Source: Octopus bimaculoides (lineage: Eukaryota). From it: 64,000 nucleotides of DNA. Below the pieces are notes generated by a model. The model saw only the letters and a program-made list of their open reading frames with translations, had not been told where the DNA came from and did no database searches. Position numbers and translations under genes: made by a program. The stretch lies in NCBI RefSeq assembly GCF_001194135.2, contig NC_068987.1, positions 92,426,023 through 92,490,022 of the forward strand, in the 5' to 3' direction. This document shows, piece by piece, positions 37,748 to 48,065 of this stretch. Position 1 is the first letter of the stretch, and every line of letters starts with the position of its first letter.

Positions 37748-37970
37748 AATTTCTTTATTGCCCACAAGGGGGCTAAACATAGAGAGGACAAACAAAGGGG
37801 TTAAGTCGATTACATCGACCCAGTGCGTAACTGGTACTTAATTTATCGACCCCGAAAGGATGAAAGGCAAAGTCGACCTCGGCGGAATTTGAACTCAGAA
37901 CGTAACGGCAGACAAAATACCGCTAAGCATTTCGCCCGTTATGCTAACGTTTCTGCCAGCTCACCGCCTT
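37748..37970 (-). mobile_element. Full-length young tRNA-headed Meta-domain-type SINE
   Basis: Intact A/B-box head (GCTGGCAGAAACGTTAGC; GAGTTCAAATTCC), Meta-like core and 3' tail. Confidence 0.92.
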
Positions 37971-39989
37971 CCAAATGTGTGTTCTGTTCAACATCCATCA
38001 ACAACACTTATTGAAGGATCTTTTAAGCGGGATGTGCTAATCAACATGAAGACATTTGCAAGCGAGCCCCACCTGCAAGTTCATGCGGTGTTTATCTTGA
38101 TATTAGATCACCACGAGACGCACATATAGCTCTTATGCATTTTGTCTGGTGTGCATGTATCAGGCGGGTTGTGATGATGGGTGTATTGTGCTTTGCATAT
38201 TTGTACCCCATGTCACTTTCATGACATGTGCTGCTCTCTCACTCAATAAAAATATTAATAGTAACAATAGCGACAACAGCAACAACAACAACAGCAACAA
38301 CGACGATACGACAACAACAAGAAGAATTGTTGTTATTGTTGGGGTGATGGTTGGGGTGGTGTCAATATCACCTAAACTTCTATACCTAAAATGACTTCTT
38401 TTGTGACAAAAATCTATTAAATTCTTATTCTCTCTATTATTATCATCTTTACTGGTGTTGTTATTGCTATTGTATTTGCTCTTATTAATAATACTATTGT
38501 TGTTGATTGTGTTGTTCCCGCTATTATTATGGCGTGTTCATCGTGGACTCAAGCGTTTTGTGAGTTCAGCTTAGAGGACATTCCTTTTCATGACAATGTA
38601 ATGAAAATGTTTTTCTGTCTTTCTTTCTCTTGTACATTTATCAATAAAACCTTTCGTGTATTTGATTGCCTACTGAATTGTAGTGGATTGATTAAGGAGA
38701 TTCATCCTCAAACATTATATCAATATGTACATATTTGAACGTCTTCATAATTTTGTAAGTTTCCATTTTGATTGGTTAAGCCGTCATTCAATTTTATCAT
38801 TTTTGAGTTAACAGGAAATGGTGAGAGCTTCAAATTTGGTGACAGTGACTACTTACCCAAAATGTTTACCGAGCAAATTGAAAAAAACAGTTACATCGAA
38901 ATATGACAACGCAGGAAAGAAACGGCTGGCAGGTGTTAACGCAATCATATACGAAATTAATAAAAGAATCCTCAAACACAAAAAAATGCTCTGTGCCAAC
39001 AATGACATCAGAAAATGCACCTAATTATGCAGTAGCTCTAGTAGAAGGAAAATATTAATGTAGTATTTCGCAATGCCGATGCAATATTTGCCGATATTTT
39101 TCCGTAGGAAAAGGAAGGGAAATGTGGCATACAACAGTTTCCTAAAAAGGTACTCAAAAAACATATGAATAAAGTATGGCAAGGTATGTACTCTATCTAT
39201 CTACTGGGGAAGTACATATGAAAATACGTACCTTATAATTAGAGACAGTCTCTCCATTTCCGAAATTGCTTTCAGTTTGCGCAAGGTCTATTCACAACAA
39301 TGGAACATTTAAGCACACACGGAATATGTGTCTCTCCTTAGTAAAATGTGGAGCTATATCTAACAATGGCTGTGTTATTTATGACACATCCAATTATTGG
39401 CAGATTCCACTGTAATATTTCATGACCCTCCGCTGTATAAGCGACAATGATAGGCACCTTCCTACTCTCTGGTGACCAAACGAGACTGGCTTGTGGAAAA
39501 GTGCGGAAACCGATAGTTTCCAGTCTGGTGAAGGTTTTACTACTTCGTCATTTGGAAGGGGAACGATGGTGGAGAGGATAATTCTGTTCTCCTGTAAGTT
39601 CCTTAAATGCTAGGAAACGGCAGGAATCAATAGGTTTAGTCTCAGCATGCATATGTACCTGAGAGCAAATTATGTTGAATAAGAATTTTCCTTGATAGTT
39701 ATGATGATCAAGAGATTTCTCTTTGAATATGTGTGCTGTTCCTCACCACTCACTTTTATATCATGCATTTATATATTGTTCGTATCTTTTATGCCATCCT
39801 GCTTTTCCCATTCAATTTCTGTTCAAACAACTACATATTTTCAATTTCTGTGAAATGACACATTCATCGCTCAACATGTTGGCAAATATACGCCCCAAGG
39901 TGGGTTTTTCTATTATATTACTTTACATTAGAACACTGCAAAGAGCAAAAATCTAAGGTGGCTACTTGTAACGCCGCTTCATATATTAG

Positions 39990-41968
39990 CCAGTGGTCTC
40001 TATTGACAGCCCATATGTCAAACCAGTGGTCCTGCTAAATGCCAGATTTCTATTATCAAATCAGCGGAAAAACCAATACCAGAAAGAGATAGTTACTTGT
40101 AACCAAGTAATATGCATGGCACCAACAAAAACTTATCAGATCACTCACATGGCTGATGCTGAGAACCACAGCGAAGCAGGCTGTATTTCAAACTGACAAA
40201 AGAAAAGGTACTCATGATGGAACTGCCTTGTACATCCGGGAAGATGTCACCCTTGTAGTACTGTTGCCAAATGCATACTACATACTAAACATATGTATAG
40301 GGTAATATGTACTATATATTGTCCAAAGGAAGATCCAAATCATAGGGACTCATTCGAAGAGAACCTCAAAAATATAGAACCATTAACTAACCTAGATGAC
40401 AGACTTCACATACTTCTTCTAAGAGACCTCAATATCCCTAATGTCGAATGTCCCTCAGGCCGCCTTTTTAGCAACCTGAATTTCTAAAAAGATGATTGGA
40501 AAGGTATTCAAAAAGACGTCCTAGAAAAAAACGGACTCCCCAGTCTCTGTACGCAGGATATTGATCTAAAACTATAGTACTTTATGACCATCATGCATGA
40601 AATATGCAGTAAGTTTGTTGAAGAGAGAATGTCAAAGCGACACAAAAGCATAATCCCCAGGGATAGAAAGATTCTAATCAGACATGCTGCAAAATCCCAA
40701 ATCGATAATCAAACCGCTAAAAGATAGCGAAAATCTAATCCTAAACAAACACTGCTTGAGATTGAATATCAACTCAAATCGATTACATAGACATAGAAAA
40801 AACTGATGTAATATCATCCATTGATAAAATGAACTTAAACTCAGCCTTACGCCCTGATGAATTCCCAATAATCCGTTTAAAGCAATTGAAAGGAGCAGAG
40901 TCTCTTATCAAAATTCCTTGCAAATGGGAGTTACCAGAACGTTAAAGGAAGGCATAATATGTCCTATCCAGGAGGGAAGTTGCAAAGCGGATGCTAAAAT
41001 TTATTGGACTACATCTGTCTCTCTAACAACATATGTCAGCAAAGTCATGTGATGACGCTGATCACCTTCCTACAAGATAATGACTCCTTCCTGATAGCCT
41101 ATATGGCTTCTCTTCGGGAAGAATGTGCTTCACATATCTTCTGCTGAATTATGAGTGGGTGTTGAAACAACTAATAAATCACTCAAACGTGGATGTAATA
41201 TATATTGATTTTGCAAAGGACTTTGAGAAGTTTGATCGTGGAATGATCTGTCACAATCCACGGCAACTCGGCATAGTGGAAAGCTATGAGAGTCGTTGCA
41301 TGGCTTCATAAAACACAGAAGCTAGGGAGTAGCAGACACAGGATCTTATCCAAGGTGAGAATATTAGCGAATGGAGTTCCTAAGTTAACTAACATGCAGC
41401 AAAAAAGAAAACCCTCCTCACCCAGAAAATTAGGCAAATCGCTGCAGTTGATATAAAGAACAACGCTTCGTTTCATGTACATATCACTAAAGTGGTGGTA
41501 ATTTGCACGCAAATTGCAACCGGATGGATTCTGAGAAATTTCAGAACAAAGGAGTAGGAAACGATGCTGGTTCTGTGAAGTACATTTTTTCTCAGCTATT
41601 AAGAATACCATTCTCCACTGTGGTCAGTTCACAGTGTCAAATAAATAGCAGAGCTTGAGACAGTAGAGCGGAGCTACACATTGAAGAATTTACTAACGGA
41701 ACACCTGAGCTACAGGAGGAGATCGAAGGAGATACGCCTCTACTCAATGGAACAAAGACGGGTGACATATGCAGTGACATATATATAGAGAGGATCCTAG
41801 AGGGATTGACACCAAACGTTGGCATCGTGAGCGATATCAATCTCTAAACTCGACGTCAATACAGGGTACAGCGTTCCATAGGTCCCCACCATCCTGTTTA
41901 GAGCGAGTATCAGTTACTCAAAGGCTCGCAGCTATTTAAAATTTTGCCAAAGACGTTGAGAGATCTAG
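39990..41968 (+). mobile_element. Decayed CR1/L2-group LINE ORF2 (APE endonuclease + RT), same family as 27430-28400
   Basis: LLNARFLL, IYCPK..ILLLRDLNIP (endonuclease) and NVDVIYIDFAKDFEKFDRG (RT); many frameshifts. Confidence 0.9.
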
Positions 41969-42061
41969 ATGAAATCGTATAGGAGAGGTGAAACGAATAA
42001 AATACAAGAATAGAAGTGTACAGATGCATAATATACATACGTATATATGTATGTATGTATG

Positions 42062-42122
<61 letters not shown>

Positions 42123-42208
42123 ATATATACATATATATATATGTGTGTGTGTGCGTGTGTGCGTGTGTGTGTGTGTATATACATACATACATACATACAT
42201 ACATACAC

Positions 42209-42570
42209 ACAGGCTGCGGTTAATAAACTGCTATCCAAATGATGCAAAAATGAAAATAACAGGTACATTTACCAAAATTACTTAAAAATATCTCGAAACA
42301 CTAAGGGGTAGAGTTATTCAATAAAATCGCCATTCGCGTCAACCGCGGCCTCTAGACGACTTCGGAATCTCCTTCAACTCTTTTGGATGGTCTCTTTGTT
42401 CAAGTTGGTAAATGCTGCCATAATCCGTACCTTGAGTTCATCTTTGGTGTTACAAGGAGTTTTGTTGGTCTCTTGCTCAACTGCACCCCACACATAATTA
42501 TCAAAGGATTTGCAGTCTGCGGAGTTAGGTGGCCAGATGTTAAGGGTTATGTGTAGGAGATCTGTCTTGG
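42209..42570 (-). mobile_element. 3' end of a Tc1/mariner-superfamily (maT/DD37D-like) transposon
   Basis: NIWPPNSADCKSFDNYVWGAVEQETN...RRFRSRLEAAVDANGDFIE*, then TIR-like end CAGGCTGCGGTTAATAAA next to a (TACA)n run. Confidence 0.85.
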
Positions 42571-43200
42571 GGAAATTTGTAATCATGGTAAATAAAAACT
42601 GAATGTGAAAGAGGAAAGAGATATACGTAAAGAAATGAAAATCAATACCAATAATCAAACGAAGAGAAAGAAAAATAGGAGTGACACTATAAATTTACAA
42701 TTTCATTAAAGGTAATTGAAGAGGAACTGAGTTATGTGACGTAAAAGTCAAAGGGAAAAAGAAATAATTAGAAAGTGATTTGAAATTTGTTTGACATATC
42801 ATTAGGAAATATTCATATGAAACACTAGATGATTATTAAAATTGTACGTATATTCAATTCTACTTCATGGAGCTGAGATTGGGGTATTTTCAAAGAGATT
42901 AGAAGACTTGTGAGGATAACATAGACAATAAGGAATGAAAGAAAAAAAAAGAGTAAGAGATAATGAAATCTTAATATTGGCAATTTAAGAGACATTTTAT
43001 TAGACAACATGAAAGTAAGATAATTAAATATTTTCAATAACTGATTAGAAAGAAAATGAGGTTAGAGTGATTGTTAATAAAAAAGTAAAATTATTAGGAA
43101 AACAGGAAGAAGAAATCTAATTACGTGGATAGTAAATAACAAAATTTGGAGAGATGTAAGAAGCAGCGAATGTTGAAAGGGCATCTGGAGGAGAGATATT
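42571..43200 (+). mobile_element. Probable highly decayed RTE-like LINE 3' region
   Basis: A-rich strand with relic ILLHGAEIG (cf. LLYGxExW); otherwise very degenerate. Confidence 0.4.
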
Positions 43201-43650
43201 CACATGGCATTACTTTTTACTCGATCTGGGAGCATTGCAGAATAGCTATTTGATGATCGTTACTAATTTTGCAACACCTATACATAAATACCTACATACA
43301 TACATGTATATCTATCTATCTATATATATANNNNNNNNNNNNNNNNNNNNNNNNNNNNNNNNNNNNNNNNNNNNNNNNNNNNNNNNNNNNNNNNNNNNNN
43401 NNNNNNNNNNNNNNNNNNNNNNNNNNNNNNNNNNNNNNNNNNNNNNNNNNNNNNNNNNNNNNNNNNNNNNNNNNNNNNNNNNNNNNNNNNNNNNNNNNNN
43501 NNNNNNNNNNNNNNNNNNNNNNNNNNNNNNNNNNNNNNNNNNNNNNNNNNNNNNNNNNNNNNNNNNNNNNNNNNNNNNNNNNNNNNNNNNNNNNNNNNNN
43601 NNNNNNNNNNNNNNNNNNNNNNNNNNNNNNNNNNNNNNNNNNNNNNNNNN

Positions 43651-44772
43651 GAATTACTTCCTTGACAGTTTTGAGGGGGGAGGAATTACCTCCATGAAAG
43701 TTCAGAGGAAGATACGGAGGGGGAGGAAATACTTCCTGGAAAGTACAGGTGTAATTACGTTCTGGAAATTTCGAACGATTTTCTGGGAAGTTCCGAGCAG
43801 AGACATCGGGGAAAGTTCCGAGGACGATCTTCTTCCCGGAAAGTTCTGAGGATGGTACTTCCTGGAAAGTTCCAAAGAGGGGATGAAATACTTCATGGAA
43901 AGTTACAAGGTCTTCCTGGAAAGTTCCGAGGATGGTACTCCCTGGCAAGTTCCGTGGAGAGGGCGAATTATTACCAGAAAAGTTCCAAGGTAGGGATGAA
44001 TTACTTCCTGGAAAATTCAGGGGGAGAAATTAGTTTCTGGAAAGATCCAAGGAAAGGGAGCCGGGGAGGAACTGGAATGTTCCGAGGATGGAACTTTCCA
44101 GAGCAGGGGGAGAAAAAACTTCCTGGAAAGTCCTAACGAAGTGGAGTTATTGGAAAGCTTCCTGGAAAGATCTTAGGAGGAGCTATTGCCTCGAAAGTTC
44201 CGAGGATGGGACTTCCTATGAAGTCCTGGAGAGTTCCGATGCTAGTACTTCCTGGAAATTCTGAGGTTGGACTTCCTGGAAAGTTCGGATGTCTTCTTGG
44301 GAAGTTCCGAGGATTAACTAATTGCTGGAAATTACCGAGGATGGGACATCCCAGAACGTTACGATGGCTTCCTGGAAAGTTCCGAGGGTTTCCTGGAAAG
44401 TTCCGAAGGCGGGATTTTCCGGAAAGTTTCGAGGGATCCCTGGAAAGTTCTGAGTTATTTCTGGAGAGTACCCAGGATAAACTACTTCCTGGAAAATTTT
44501 GAGGAAGAGATTTCCTAGAAAGTTCCGCGGTTTTCCTGGGAAATTCCGAGGATGAACTACTTCTTGGGGAGTTCCGAGGATGGGACTTCCTGGAAAATTG
44601 TGATGGTTTCCTGGAAAGTTCCAAGGCCTATCTGGAAAGTTGCGAGGATGAACTGCTTACTGGGAAGGTCCGAGTGTAGTGCTTCCAGGAAAGTTCCGAG
44701 GTCTTCCTGCAATGTTCCGCGGTTGGGGCCTCCTGGAAAGTTCCTGGAAAGTTCCGTTCACTTCCTGGAATG
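43651..44772. repeat. Degenerate minisatellite, unit about ACTTCCTGGAAAGTTCCGAGGATGGG (21-39 bp spacing)
   Basis: About 17 exact TTCCnGGAA cores by hand count plus many variants; left edge runs into the gap at 43331-43650. Confidence 0.95.
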
Positions 44773-45630
44773 TTCAGCATGATAATCCAAATTTATACTC
44801 CCGGCTTTACTGCCGTTCATATCACGGTCTTTGCTTCTCTGAACTACTTGCCTTCTGAACACTTGTCATCTGAACTCTTGTTGTTCACACCATTTTTGTC
44901 GTTTCCAGCATCCCAAATTCTACCTTTTTATTGAGTCAGCCAAAAGTTAACGAAGAAAAATAATGCTGTTAATCTCAGCAGATTATGAGGGCTTGCATAA
45001 TCCCAAGGGCTGGTCCTTCTTCTCATCCATTACGAGAAAAGAAAACGAATATCTTATTCCTGTTTTGGGAATAGATGAAAACCAAATAGCTTTCTTTAGG
45101 CTTCTCCTGATTCCTATTTTATGCTTTCGACTCAGCAAGAATGACAACCAAGTAGACTTCGGCTGGAATTAGAAGGAATATATGGAAAAAATGAAATGTT
45201 TATTACCGAAGTGTATATAATTCGGCGGTCTTCAAATGTAGCATTTACACCAATTTAGAGGGCACTGGAATAATTTTCCTGCTATATTAGTCTACAAATT
45301 ATACATTAAAAGCTGGTATGCATATTCAGTGGAAACCGTACTTCTGTATATCAACGCCTCGAATTATGAATCAGTTATGCAGAAATGCATTATGTAAAAG
45401 GATGCGAACATATGTTAAGCATTAAACATAGCTATTTGATTTTTATGCTTTTGTGTCACTTTGGAAAACGTTTCAAAATCTGCAATACTTTAATTTGTGG
45501 CGAATCAGCTTCACTGAAACAAAAAGGTAGAATTGACTTCTATATATTTATATCATCTAGTTGATAGAAAATTTTTATTCCATTGATGTTTGAGCACGGG
45601 AGTTAAAATTGACGTCAATATATAGTTCAG

Positions 45631-45693
45631 GTTATTTTGTTTGGCACTATAACGGTTGTGCCATCCACTGCTATGGGTTTCATAAATATATTG
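45631..45693 (+). CDS. Putative 63-nt exon (phase 1-1: xYFVWHYNGCAIHCYGFHKYI)
   Basis: ttcAG acceptor and G|GTAAGG donor; phase-compatible with 45959-46180. The phase-0 reading is also open. Confidence 0.35.
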
Positions 45694-45958
45694 GTAAGGA
45701 AAAAATCACAAGAAAACGAAGTATTTTCACCAAGTACATCAAAAGTCAAACACGAATGAATTCAATTATTGCAGACTTAACACAACTTTCAATTATGTCT
45801 CCACTTTTAGCCAAATAACATTCCACCTTAAAACATTTCATACTTGAATGTTTGATCTAATTATCCCAACTTCAAGCGTAAGTATCGTGGGAGGAGGGCG
45901 ATAGTATTTCTTTATTCTGACAAACTAAATTTCATTGCTGAGATTTCGCTATGACCAG

Positions 45959-46180
45959 ATATGTGCAGACTTTTCTTTGGCACGTTCTCAACAGAAACGG
46001 CTGAGGTTATTTATCTAGCTAACATAATATTCCCAAACCCACCTGATGTGGTTACGAATTTTGCCGAAGCTAGAGAACGAATACATAATCTCCTTAAGGC
46101 TAATTCACGAGAGAAATCTCTCGTGAGGTCAAGTGTATTATTCAATAAACAGGATTTCGGGAACGTAACTTTCAATATAT
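45959..46180 (+). CDS. Putative internal exon: xMCRLFFGTFSTETAEVIYLANIIFPNPPDVVTNFAEARERIHNLLKANSREKSLVRSSVLFNKQDFGNVTFNI
   Basis: gaccAG acceptor, 222-nt open phase-1 frame, donor T|GTATGT (alternative GTAAGT 4 nt later). QDFGNVTFNI resembles QIVGYIQFRV of paralog C. Confidence 0.5.
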
Positions 46181-47284
46181 GTATGTAAGTATACACAGTT
46201 CCACACGCATACATAAAAAATAAAGCATATATACATATGTANNNNNNNNNNNNNNNNNNNNNNNNNNNNNNNNNNNNNNNNNNNNNNNNNNNNNNNNNNN
46301 NNNNNNNNNNNNNNNNNNNNNNNNNNNNNNNNNNNNNNNNNNNNNNNNNNNNNNNNNNNNNNNNNNNNNNNNNNNNNNNNNNNNNATATATATATTCTTT
46401 TATTCTTTTATGTTTCAGCCTTGAGGTTGCGGCCACGCTGGGGCATAATTCTAAGTACATGTACATACACATATTTCAAAATACAATTACAAGCGTAGTT
46501 ATATGGATACACTCATACACATACGCATACACGCGAAACACACACACACACACACACGCTCACACATTTACACAATTGTGTATACAAAATACTTATGTAG
46601 CTCTCTCTCGCTCTCTCTGTATATATGTATATATATAAATGCACGTGTTTTTGTGTGTGCCTCTATTATGTACATATATGCACGTATGGGTGTATATATT
46701 GTACGGTCCCTATGCGTAACATGGTGCATATATTTGCGCAAGCACGTTTTGATTTGGATATGCGCGTAAATAGATAGAAGAGAATATACATTTATGCGTG
46801 AATGTTTCGATTTTGCTTGTTTATGTAGATGTGTTTAATTGTATATTCTATGCTATAGGAACGAGCATAAATATCTTCATTTTATCTCTATAAATATTAT
46901 GCGTTAGTAAACTGTATGTACGATTCCAATTATTTATCAACGCTCAAAAAATTGAATTCATATCAGACGAATTCGCTTGTAACGTGGTGTTTGTGCGTAT
47001 TACGAAAAACATACCAACAAGCATTAGATTCAGGCATACACATGCATTTCAACTATTTCTTTCGTATCTTCGTAATTCTACGTTCAATTCCTCTTCACAG
47101 CGAAGTAGGCAAGTGGTTTGTTTTTAAAGAAAAAATACTGAACAGGCGAATATTTTAGGAATTCAAAATACGTATCCTCTGCTGAATGGACAGACTCCGC
47201 CTCTCTAATGATGTGGCCCATGGATCCCGTCTCGCACCATTCGATCGCACCAGACCACGGGCATCACGGTTATATTCTTATTAG

Positions 47285-47391
47285 GTGGATTCGTACAAGC
47301 CATATATTATGCTAGATGTAGACCTATAGAAAACTTGAACTCCACGTTCCAGTTCAACTCGAATCTTTGGGATTCTAAAACGACTTCATAA
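47285..47391 (+). CDS. Putative terminal exon: (C)GFVQAIYYARCRPIENLNSTFQFNSNLWDSKTTS*
   Basis: ttatattcttattAG acceptor, phase-1 join to 46180, stop TAA, AATAAA at 47517-47522. Confidence 0.45.
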
Positions 47392-47879
47392 ATTTAACAT
47401 GGGTTATCTTTGACCTGGTGACTGTAGCTACTATCTCTGTTCCCGCTTGAAGCTGCACACACCCTACCTCAAATGGAAAAACGAACTATCCTTCTGTTCT
47501 CATTGTGAGCTATCATAATAAACTTTAATCCAATGTCTACTGGTAAGCGGCTAACATTAGTTTAAGCATAGCTGGTACATGCACAATGGCATGATGCATA
47601 GTGACAACTGACTCGAGTGTAATTACAATCTACTATCACACGTTAGCTGTGTTTGTCAGCTAAACGTATATGTAAACTGACTTTATCATAACGGTTAACT
47701 TTCTACGCTGCAGTTGTTACTGAATTATAATATACTATTATACTGATACCGGCACTCTGTCTGACCTGTCATCTAAATTCTATATTCTAGAATATACAAT
47801 GAGAGAATACGACGTATAATATTCACTAAATAGGAGAAATAGTAAACATTTTAATCCACACTTAGATATACACTGTAAA

Positions 47880-48065
47880 TGAAAACATGTTTCAGCCAAG
47901 AATATATTGAATCTCTCGTAACAAAGTCAAACCTACACATCACAAATGATTCGAATTTTCCCCAAGACACCTGATGAAGGCTGGAGGGTATATCAGCCGA
48001 AACGTTGGGTTAACAACAAACAAGATGAGGACAAATATCTATCAATTGTAAATAATGTAAATAAA
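47880..48065 (+). mobile_element. Probable Penelope-like element 3' tail fragment
   Basis: CCTGATGAAGGCTGGAGGGTATATCAGCCGAAACGTT hairpin-like CTGATGAAG...CCGAAAC motif, typical of PLE terminal repeats. Confidence 0.45.

Noticed and set aside
38815-38906. Terminal exon candidate GNGESFKFGDSDYLPKMFTEQIEKNSYIEI*
   Set aside because: Two frames are open, and its phase 1 does not match the only (phase-0) donor found for paralog B.
43316-44782. LPGKFRG / NFPG repeat proteins read from the minisatellite
   Set aside because: Unit lengths (21-39 bp) are often not multiples of 3, frames shift repeatedly and both strands are similarly open, so this is a non-coding repeat.
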